64,000 bases of DNA, from the IMG/VR virus record IMGVR_UViG_3300007770_000007, positions 1-64,000 of that record. One strand, written 5' to 3'. Shown in pieces: positions 16,905 through 25,900 of this stretch. The position numbers and the translations under genes are program-made. The notes under the pieces are model-generated. The model saw nothing but the letters and a program-made list of their open reading frames with translations, made no database searches and was not told the origin of the DNA. Source of the DNA: a virus. Position 1 is the first letter of the stretch, and each line of letters begins with the position of its first letter.

Positions 16905-18476
16905 ATGGCTCAACCCCCTTGGCTTGTAGATGTTCTCCAGATTGAACCTGGGTCTGGAGACACCATCACCATTGACCGTGACTCCACTGACGGAGCCATG
17001 CAGTTTGTCGATGCGGTGGTCACGTCTGGTGTCCTGCTCCCGAATCTTGTTGGAATCCGTAACATCACGGGAGTCTTCGTCGTGGGCCGTGCCGGTGACG
17101 GCGCTGCTTATACAACGGTCCAGTCAGCGTTGGATGCTATCCCTGCCTCTTCCACTGCTTTGGTGCCCTCCCTCGTCCTGGTGATGCCGGGGGTCTACAC
17201 GGAAGATTTGACCCTTACGCGGGACGGCGTTTACATCGTCGGTCTTGGCGGGGCCAAGCTGGTGAATCTTACAGGGACCCACACCCTGACCATCAAGGCT
17301 GAATCAACCTCGACCCCGCAGAACGTGCTGCTCAAGGGCTTGGAGATTGAGAACACCCATGCGGGAGATGCCTGCGTCTATGTTCTCGGGGCTGATACTT
17401 TCGCCTCTGGGACTGTCGATGTAGACAACGCACCGCTTACGGCAGGAGACACCATCACTGTGGGAGGCGTGGTTCTCACAGGAGTTTCTGGAACCCGGAC
17501 CTCCGGTTCCGATGATTTCTCGGTCAACGGCGCTACCACTGACATCATCGCTGCCGAGATTGCTGAAGCGGTCATGGATAGCGCGAACAGCTTCACTGAT
17601 GTTGTGACCGCGACCTCTGCTCTGAACGTGGTGACATTCACCGCTGTAACGGCAGGCGTTACGGGCAACGCGATCACTTTGGCGGTATCCGTAGCAGTGC
17701 CGTTGGACTTGGTTCCCTCTGGCGCAACCCTGGCGGGAGGCGGTTCCTCCGGGAACCTTGTGGCAAACGGTGCTTTGACCATTGAGGATTGTGTCCTGGT
17801 TGCTTCAGGAGCGGGGTGCTTCCAGGTCAACGCAGATACCGCGAACCATATTCGAGTGCGCGGTGGAACCTTCCGAGGTTCGGCTGCTACGTCCGTGTTT
17901 CAGGCATCCAATACGGCCCAGGTTTTGTTGGAAGGTGTCGAGTGGACAAATGATTTCCAACTCGCTTACGACAACACCCTGGATCAACCCAACGACACGA
18001 CCTCCGAGTATCAGATTTTGAACTGTGGCCGTATCCATGACCTCTCTTGCAATCTGGTTGGTCTGGGTTCCCTCACTATTTCCAACTGCCCCGACATCAG
18101 CGTGCTGGCCCAGGATGGTGACCAAACCTTGGCTCTCAACAACTGTGTGGTGGGCGGGGCTACAACTCTTGGGACTACTACAGCAGCTACGTTCCGCAAT
18201 ACGGAACGAGGAACCCTGGCGATTTCTGGGGGGACCCCTACCCTCGCAGAGTCCCGGATCATTGGATCCCAGGCGTTTGTTGCCTCGGCTTCCGAGACAA
18301 TCACTTTCGACATCCCCCAGCCTGACGCGCTCTACACCGTTGTTTCAGAACAGCCAGGGGGAGGCGTCGTGGGGGTTCAGAACAAACTTGCTGCATCATT
18401 TGATTTGGCCGAGGTAGCAGGCCCCGCGACACCGATAACCGCGACCGTCAACTACGTCGTGCTTCGAGATATTTAG
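16905..18476 (+). CDS. Fibre/spike protein with pectin-lyase-like beta-helix
   Basis: YTTVQSALDAI...VMPGVYTEDL beta-helix cap motif; G/T/A-rich. Confidence 0.7.
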   Translation: MAQPPWLVDVLQIEPGSGDTITIDRDSTDGAMQFVDAVVTSGVLLPNLVGIRNITGVFVVGRAGDGAAYTTVQSALDAIPASSTALVPSLVLVMPGVYTEDLTLTRDGVYIVGLGGAKLVNLTGTHTLTIKAESTSTPQNVLLKGLEIENTHAGDACVYVLGADTFASGTVDVDNAPLTAGDTITVGGVVLTGVSGTRTSGSDDFSVNGATTDIIAAEIAEAVMDSANSFTDVVTATSALNVVTFTAVTAGVTGNAITLAVSVAVPLDLVPSGATLAGGGSSGNLVANGALTIEDCVLVASGAGCFQVNADTANHIRVRGGTFRGSAATSVFQASNTAQVLLEGVEWTNDFQLAYDNTLDQPNDTTSEYQILNCGRIHDLSCNLVGLGSLTISNCPDISVLAQDGDQTLALNNCVVGGATTLGTTTAATFRNTERGTLAISGGTPTLAESRIIGSQAFVASASETITFDIPQPDALYTVVSEQPGGGVVGVQNKLAASFDLAEVAGPATPITATVNYVVLRDI

Positions 18477-18485
18477 AGGTAAGCC

Positions 18486-19487
18486 ATGAGCAACTTTTGG
18501 GACAATACAGGCATCTTCACCGGGACAATCCCGAGCGCCATTGACCGACACCTTTCCGAGAAGGTGTCAGGCCAGAGTTTTGATTCGGTGCGGGATCTCA
18601 CGGATGTTTCCAGGGCGGCCAATGCGCTTCCTCTGAGCACTGAAGCAGGAACCAAGGTGTCCTTTACAGGCGGCCTTGGCGCGTACATGACTTACGAAAA
18701 CCCGCCTCCAAAGGGTGCTATCGGTGAAGTTGTGAACGTCAAATCAGCCAACGGTGACATCACCAATCATGACGGCAAAGTCTTCGTGCAGTGGGATGAT
18801 GGTAAGTTTCGGGCCATTCATGCGGAACACTTGCGATTGGCGAAACAGGGCAAGACCGCAAAGGATTTTGCCTCTATGGATACGGGGGAACTGGGCAAGG
18901 CGGTTGCAAAGAAGTTCCCCAAGGCATTCTTCAACAAGAAGCAGCAGATGTGGGATCTCGGGGATGGTCGCATGGTCATGTTTGTCAAACACGGGGACAA
19001 GAACACCATTGATGTTTGGACTTCGGATAAACGCCCCAAGAAAATCAAAATGGACATCAGCATTGGCTCCGTGGGGGATGCTGTATCTGCGCTGAAGAAA
19101 CACAAAGCCGCCTCTGATCTCAAGGCTGACTTCGAGAAGATCAAGGCCCTGGTCAAGAAGAAGCCTGACAGCAAGTTCTTGAAGGGCTTGCTGAAGCAGA
19201 TGGCTGACAAGGGTTTCGCCCCTACTGACAAGCAAATGGCCGTGGTGCAGAAGATCGAGAAAGAGATCGGGCAGATGGCCGAGATGCAGAAGGAACTGAA
19301 GTCGCTCGGCAAGGCGGCCAAGACGATCCGCGTGTCGAACTTGGGCAACCTCACGGATTTCCTCAAAGCTGCGGACGGGCATCTGGTCCACAAGAGCACC
19401 AATGATCTGTGGTCCGTGACCGCCGACGGTGAGGGTTTCCTTATTGAACGCCTCTTCGATGACGAAGGGCAACCCCTCAAGGGATGA
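18486..19487 (+). CDS. Modular putative head protein with KTA/KAA-bounded Lys-rich inserts
   Basis: SH3-like segment (GEVV..VFVQWDDG), GKTA, HKAA and GKAA junctions. Confidence 0.7.
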   Translation: MSNFWDNTGIFTGTIPSAIDRHLSEKVSGQSFDSVRDLTDVSRAANALPLSTEAGTKVSFTGGLGAYMTYENPPPKGAIGEVVNVKSANGDITNHDGKVFVQWDDGKFRAIHAEHLRLAKQGKTAKDFASMDTGELGKAVAKKFPKAFFNKKQQMWDLGDGRMVMFVKHGDKNTIDVWTSDKRPKKIKMDISIGSVGDAVSALKKHKAASDLKADFEKIKALVKKKPDSKFLKGLLKQMADKGFAPTDKQMAVVQKIEKEIGQMAEMQKELKSLGKAAKTIRVSNLGNLTDFLKAADGHLVHKSTNDLWSVTADGEGFLIERLFDDEGQPLKG

Positions 19488-19495
19488 GCCTTGTA

Positions 19496-19510
19496 CGGTA
19501 GAGCGCCTAT
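19496..19510 (+). promoter_or_regulatory. Putative late promoter CGGTA-N7-TAT
   Basis: Consensus match, intergenic. Confidence 0.65.
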
Positions 19511-19533
19511 TCTGTTCTGTTTCGTAGGAGAGT

Positions 19534-20790
19534 GTGCCCATGCGCCCTGACCCAGCACGCATCGCGAAAGCCCATACCCGCAAGCAGCGGCTTGGTGCGT
19601 CTGCTGACGGCCAGAAGACGGCTTCCATGTCCCGCACTGCTGGTGAGGTTCGCTTCATCAAGGACCGTGGCGGTGACAAGAACGAGTGGGGTTGGGGAAG
19701 CCCTGGTCCCAGCGAGCGCCAAATCACGTCCGACTTCGTGTTTGATCCCAAGTACCTGAAGCCCCTGGCAACGACGATGCGCTCTGCGCTTATGGCTCTG
19801 GGCCATGTTTCGTCTGCTCACGACCGCTTTCTCAAGATCAAGAGCCGCGACGTTAGCCCTGACGGCAGCCTTGGCGGTAAGGGGTACATCCAGAAAGTTT
19901 CCGAGATGCGTCGGCAGTTGATGAACTGTTCCGAGGCCCTGTCTGCTTTCACCGACACCATCTATGACGAGATGGCAGCCCCTCACTGGGATCCTGCCGA
20001 GGACACTCTTGATCCGCGTGATCGGGATGAGGTTCGGGAGATCGTTGAGGAAGCCGAAGAAATCCGAGAGGACCCCACCGGCTGGGCCGACGAGGAAGAG
20101 GAAGACGAGTTCGGCAAGACCGCTGGTACTTTGTCCTATCGGGGGGACACCCCGCTCGATAAAGCGTATGCGATGACGGATCTTCTCATTGAGCTTGGAA
20201 AAGACCTCCCCACCGGATCTTCCCGAAGCCGGGAGTTCAAAGCAGTCAAGACTGCCCTCCGAAGCCTGGAGGGGTTTGTGAAGGGCATTGGTTCGGACAC
20301 TCCAAGGCCACGCGCAGCCCAGACGGTTCGCCGCAAGACGGCTGCATGGGCAGGCATCGACTACATGCGCGGAGATGACCGCTGGACTCTTGGCAAGGCG
20401 GTTGAGAGCCGTCGTGTTCGAGTCCCTTCTGGTTACGAGTTGGTTTCAGAGCCGGGAAAGGTCGTGCTTTTCAACTGGGGCGTCTTGGACGAGGGGGCCA
20501 CCGCAGAGTTTCGATTCATGCCCGATGGCACGAACATTCAGTTCATTATCGACGGGTATAACGACAAGCGTTCGCCCGGTTTGGTTCGGCACAGGTGGGT
20601 CGGCAACCCTGTCGATGACGCGGTCCTTATTGAAAAGCATATCAAGAAGTACATGCCTGCACTTGTGAAAGCAGTCTCGGACGACGAGGAGGACCTTCTT
20701 CGAGAAATCGAGAGGCGTCAGCGCATGGCAGGAATCCCCGGAAGCACCGCCCGTGTGCTTGCACGGTTTATGGAGGTGAACGGTGAGTAG
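19534..20790 (+). CDS. Modular putative head protein with PDPARIA tag and several KTA/RTA junctions
   Basis: AGGAG RBS; QKTAS, SRTAG, GKTAG, RKTAA; C-terminal TARVLARF. Confidence 0.75.
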   Translation: MPMRPDPARIAKAHTRKQRLGASADGQKTASMSRTAGEVRFIKDRGGDKNEWGWGSPGPSERQITSDFVFDPKYLKPLATTMRSALMALGHVSSAHDRFLKIKSRDVSPDGSLGGKGYIQKVSEMRRQLMNCSEALSAFTDTIYDEMAAPHWDPAEDTLDPRDRDEVREIVEEAEEIREDPTGWADEEEEDEFGKTAGTLSYRGDTPLDKAYAMTDLLIELGKDLPTGSSRSREFKAVKTALRSLEGFVKGIGSDTPRPRAAQTVRRKTAAWAGIDYMRGDDRWTLGKAVESRRVRVPSGYELVSEPGKVVLFNWGVLDEGATAEFRFMPDGTNIQFIIDGYNDKRSPGLVRHRWVGNPVDDAVLIEKHIKKYMPALVKAVSDDEEDLLREIERRQRMAGIPGSTARVLARFMEVNGE

Positions 20791-22945
20791 CGACAAGCCC
20801 CTCGATGTTTTGGGGGAGAGTCACCTTCCGGCTGACCTCCTCACCCCTACCCTTGGCTCCAACTACGGTATGCCTGGGTTTGAGGACATGCACTACAACC
20901 AAGGCGTCCTTGAAGGCGTCCTGGATCCCGAGTTGATGCCTCCTCCCGCGTTGCCTACTGGGCTGGAGCGCGTTGCTGAATCAGACATGGGCGTCCAGGA
21001 GATGATGAAGGAGGCCGAGTTGGCCGACCTGTCTTGGCTTGCCGATGCAGAACAAGACCCCGAGCGTCTCCCCCAGAACCCGGTTGATTTGGGAATCCCG
21101 GAACTTGAGGAAGCCTGGGGCGTTGATCGCCGCACTAACGGTATCCAGGTGTTCTCTACGGATCTTGCCCACGCCAAGGCGTCGGCCCCTGACACGCGCC
21201 TCCCCATGAATGAACGCGACTTGTCGGACATTCTGGTTACGGCCATGCGGCGCTCTGCGGCTGGTGAGGACATCAGCCTGATCATCGAACAGTCCCGAAT
21301 CGCCGCTGGCGTGGATGCAGATCGAATCGAGAAGGGGCTTTCCATTATCCGCAGCGAGCATGGTCTTGCAGGAAAGGTCTTTGTTCGTGCCGCCGCATAC
21401 CCCTCTTATGAAAAGGGGAAGTACCGCGACGAGATTCTGAAGGCCGCCAAGGGAGCCGAGTACATCCTTGTCTCGGGCCAGGACTTTGGTTCTACTCATA
21501 TCCAGAACGGTCGCTGCACTGTAACGGGCAAGAAGGCCGTCCTTGAGGTTCCTTGGAGCAAGGCCCTGTCTCACTACAAGCCTTTGTTGCTTGCTACGGG
21601 GCATCGGGTAGCTACGGACGTTCCAGCAAAGGATGCCCTCCGGGCCGCCTTTCTTGCACCGACCTCGTTGCCGGTTGCACGCGGTGAGCGTCTTCCTCGT
21701 TACAAGGCTGTATGCGATACGGTTTCTTCTGAAGAGGCTGCGGCAAGCCTGAAGGCCGCCGACAACACTCCCACGGAAGTCCAGGTGACAGACGCCGTGT
21801 TGAATCGACGGCTTCAACTCTGGAAGCAGAGCAATATGATTGACTCTGACTTGGTTGAGCAGATTCAGGCTGCCGATCTGACGCCGAACCAGAAGTTGGC
21901 CCGTGCTCTCGATGCGGTGAACGCTCGTCGTAACGGGACCTCTGGTTTCACGGGTGCCCCTAACACCGCCGTTGAGGCGGCCCAGAAGCGCCAGCATCTC
22001 CGTCTTGTCCGTAAGGACCACGCCAAAGAGGCTTCTGAAGCACGGCTCCGAGAAATCGTCGCTTTCCGAAACTCCGATGATCTGGACCAGCGCATCGCAA
22101 AGGTCATTGAGAAGATCGAGCAGGGCGCACGCGGTTCTTACCTCAAGTCCTTTATCAACAAGGTGATTCCGCAGAAGTTTGCTGCTGAAGCAGTGCGTCG
22201 GCTGCGTCCAACATTGGAAAAGACCGGTGCCCTCGAAGAAGAGAGCAAGGCCGCTTCCTATGATGGTCATGTTTACGAACGTGCCCCCGAGGTGCGGGAG
22301 GCTGTGGAGCTTTCTGATAAGGACGCGGCGCTCGCCAAGGCTGCTTCTGATGGTGATGTTTCTGTTTCGGAGATCAAGGGTGTCCTCAAGTGGGCCTCTC
22401 GTCATATGTCCCAAGGGTCTGCCGGAAGTGAGCTTACTGAACTGCTTCGTCATCGTTTCTCGAACCGGATCCTCAAGTCTGCTTCGGGATTGATTCAGAG
22501 TATTCGCGACACCCACGAGGGCGCTGCTGGATTTCTCTACGTTGACTCCGAAGCCTACATGGCTCCCACAGGGGTGAAAGGTTGCGAGACAGGTGCCCTT
22601 CGTCATCGATCCAACCAGCTACCTGCTGTCCTGGCCAGTTCCCGGTGCCAAGGGTGTACCCGAGTTTGCACACTTTCCTGCGGCACGCGGAAGTGCAGCA
22701 CCTACAACAAGGTGCTTCTGGAGCGTTCGGACCTTCCCGGAGACATCAAGTCCATCAAGAAGGCCAACATCACCGGGGCAGACCAGACGGATGCGGAAGG
22801 TATTGCTTCCCTGTTCGGCGCTACCTATGACCCGGATGAATACAACCTTCGCAGTGCGGATTTCGAGGACGAGGTAGAACTGGCCCCGCTCCCCGAAAAC
22901 GAGAAGATTGGTGAAATCGTCTTGGGTGGCTTCCTGTGGGAGTGA
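20783..22945 (+). CDS. Large hypothetical head-region protein with Cys-rich C-terminal region
   Basis: 720-aa ORF, coupled; C-terminal CQGC..VC..C..KC cluster; RVA/KAAS/KSAS motifs. Confidence 0.75.
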   Translation: MSSDKPLDVLGESHLPADLLTPTLGSNYGMPGFEDMHYNQGVLEGVLDPELMPPPALPTGLERVAESDMGVQEMMKEAELADLSWLADAEQDPERLPQNPVDLGIPELEEAWGVDRRTNGIQVFSTDLAHAKASAPDTRLPMNERDLSDILVTAMRRSAAGEDISLIIEQSRIAAGVDADRIEKGLSIIRSEHGLAGKVFVRAAAYPSYEKGKYRDEILKAAKGAEYILVSGQDFGSTHIQNGRCTVTGKKAVLEVPWSKALSHYKPLLLATGHRVATDVPAKDALRAAFLAPTSLPVARGERLPRYKAVCDTVSSEEAAASLKAADNTPTEVQVTDAVLNRRLQLWKQSNMIDSDLVEQIQAADLTPNQKLARALDAVNARRNGTSGFTGAPNTAVEAAQKRQHLRLVRKDHAKEASEARLREIVAFRNSDDLDQRIAKVIEKIEQGARGSYLKSFINKVIPQKFAAEAVRRLRPTLEKTGALEEESKAASYDGHVYERAPEVREAVELSDKDAALAKAASDGDVSVSEIKGVLKWASRHMSQGSAGSELTELLRHRFSNRILKSASGLIQSIRDTHEGAAGFLYVDSEAYMAPTGVKGCETGALRHRSNQLPAVLASSRCQGCTRVCTLSCGTRKCSTYNKVLLERSDLPGDIKSIKKANITGADQTDAEGIASLFGATYDPDEYNLRSADFEDEVELAPLPENEKIGEIVLGGFLWE

Positions 22946-22948
22946 CCT

Positions 22949-25900
22949 GTGGCTCCTCGTCACCCAAATCCTGAAGCGGTAGCGACACTGAAGCAGGCCG
23001 AGATGTCCACAGAGGCATCGGTGGCCTTGATGAAGTGGCTCTCCCGAGTCACCCGAAAGGCCGGGGTAGCGCAGCACGTCTACGTCGTCGGCGGTGCCGT
23101 CAGGAACTTCCTGCTTGAGAAGCCCATCAAGGACATAGACATGGTGGTGGATTCTCTCGCACTGCGCGGGAATCGTGACGCCGCTTGGGTGGCGCAGCAG
23201 GTAGCCCGTGCAATCCCCGCCCCTACCAAGGTGTGGACCGATAGCCTGATGGTTTCTCATATCACTGTGGAGGGTCCTTGGAGCCTTGACGGCCATCAGA
23301 TGGAGGGGGAGGAGATCGAGATCGTCAACGCTCGCTTGGAGGAGTACGCGGTTGACCCCCAGACAGGTGAGTACACCGGACACAAGCCGGAACGGGTCGA
23401 ACCCACCACGATGGAGATCGACATTTCTCGCCGCGAGTTCACGTTCAATACATTGATGTGGACGCTGCTGTCGCTCGCCAATGGCCCTGACAAGGCCGAA
23501 ATCATTGACCTCACGGGGTGTGGTCTAAAGGATCTAAAAAACCGCGAGATGCGCTGCCCTGGCGACCCCGACGAGACATTCGCGCAGGACCCCACCCGGA
23601 TCATCCGCACCATCAAGTTCGCCTTCAAGTACGGCATGAAGCTGCCGCCCGACGTGAAGGCAGCAGCTATCCGGCAGGCCAAGGGACTCAAACGCATCCC
23701 TTCCAAGACCCAGAGCATTCTTCAGAAGATTGTGTTGGATAACCCCCAATACAAGAAAGCCCTTGATGTCATGGATCGCCTTGGCGTGAACGCAGTCATC
23801 AAGGAGATAATGCTGGAGAACAAGCCCTTTCGGTCCTTTATGGAGAGCCACGCCAGAAAGAAGGGTGTTGCTTACATGCTTGATCTGATGGACGTGGGCA
23901 TCCCTGTAGGCGCTCCAATCTCTTTCCTTGATGCAGCGCAGCAGAAGCGTTTTCGGGAAGTAACGTCTGTTATGGATCGTGACGCCGCTTTGGATTTTTT
24001 GGGTATGTTGCGCCAGACGGGCAGTGCCTTGGGAGGGGCTACCCTGGCTTTGGCGCAAGAGCACGGCTATCGACAAAACGAAATGCGGGATTTTTCACCC
24101 GTCTTGAATAGGGTTGTGCGGGACCTTCTCCTCGAAGATCCTTCTTTGGCGGCTTCTTCATCGAGGCTCGTTCAGCGGGTTCGTCGGGAACTGCCTCGTC
24201 AACTGCCCCGACGGGCAAGCTCTGCTTTGGTTTACGGCACCCCTTCGGATGCCGACCGCGCAACTATGGAAGCCCCCACTCCCATATTTCCCCTCGCGTT
24301 CGAGGATTTTCACCTGATCCCGCCCCCCGACCAGGAGGAAACCCTTGAGGAGCTTCAAGACCTACGCGAACTCGCTGAAGAACAGCGCCCGGAAGCTGAA
24401 GAGTTCATCAAGGAGTCTGATGGGGAGATTCTCCATCTCTTTGATCGTCTGTGGCGCGATCATGGTGTCCGAGTCGATAAGAGGTGGATGCGAGAGATGG
24501 TCAAACAGGCGAAAACCCACGTCGCCAAGCTGAAGTGGCACTTCAATCGCCCACGTCCATATCAGGTAGGGGACGCTATCGGACAGCCCTTCGAGGCACT
24601 TGCTTCAGAAACGGCCCACTCCCCTTCGTACCCAAGCGGTCATGCCATCCAAGCGTTCCTCTTGGGAGAGGCATCAAGCCGCCTGGACCCCGAACATGCG
24701 GCTGAATACTTTGATTTGGTTGACCAGATTGCGTGGGGTCGGGCGCAAGCAGGCTACCACTGGCCCAGTGACATCCTCTACGGCGTTGAAGTTGCTGACC
24801 ATATGGCTGACTTCATGGATGTTCCCGAGGCTTGGAGTCCTCGCGTGGCGCGGATCATGGAGAGGAGGGCTTCACACGCCCTACAGAGGCATCGCTGGGC
24901 CAAGACGTTCACCGTCAACAAGGGCGATCCTATCTGGTACGGGAAGTATAAGAACAAGCGGGGGATCATTGATGGGTTCAGCACCAACGAGAAGGGTGAC
25001 GTGATCATCACCGTCGAACAGGTGCCTAATCCAACTGGCCGCAAGCAGCCCAAAGAGTTGAAGCTGTTCCGGGTGCGCCCCCGAGAGGTGGAGGAGGGCA
25101 AGGAGGCAAGCCCCCGTCGCGTCGTAGCCAAGTACAAGAGCAAGAAAGAGGTGCCCAAAGCAGACGGCAGCGGGACCACCACTGTTTACGAGTACGGCCC
25201 TCGGCAGGTAGCCCAACGCCATAAAGAAAAGGCCAAGAGATTGGAGGGGTTGAAGGCATCCCTTTCTGATTTGAGGGGTCAGGTTTCGGAGGACATGGTG
25301 TCAGACGACCCGGAGACGAGGCTTACGGCTTTGGCGGTGGCGTTGCTCGACAAGACTTATGAGCGCGTGGGTAACGAGAAATCCGCTGATGATCGTGGCC
25401 ATTTTGGAATCACGACCTTGCGGGTCAGCCACCTGGACCTGAAGGACAAGAAAGCCACCTTTGAGTACGTTGGCAAGAGCGGGGTGAAGCAGAAGAAGGT
25501 TGTGACGGACCCTCAAATCATTGAGGTTCTCAAAGCGGCAGTGGACGGAAAAGAGGGTGACGAGCGCATTCTGTGCGACGGCGATGATTGTCAGATTCGA
25601 GCGCGGCACGTCAACGGTTACCTCAAGCCGTTTGACATCACGGCCAAGGATCTTCGGGGGCTACATGCCAATGAGGAGATGCGTGTTCGGTTGAAGGATG
25701 TTCGCAAGAAGGGCGAGAGCCTTCCCCGAGGTCGAAAAGACCGAGACAAGATCCTAAAGGCAGAGTTCAAGGAAGCATTGGAGGCGGTTGCAGAGGCGGT
25801 GGGGCATCAGGCATCCACGCTCCGGTCCCAGTACCTCGTGCCAGGGCTGGAGGACTTCTACATGAAGGACGGGACTGTTATTGATGATTTGGCCAAGGCT

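Noticed and set aside
20981-22606. Long antisense ORFs (also 106..1254, 31232..32635, 49667..51073, 62828..63814)
   Set aside because: They are shadow frames of well-supported genes on the opposite strand in GC-rich DNA, with no RBS or motifs
20783-22945. Portal or terminase assignment
   Set aside because: No Walker/nuclease motifs or recognisable portal pattern; left as hypothetical
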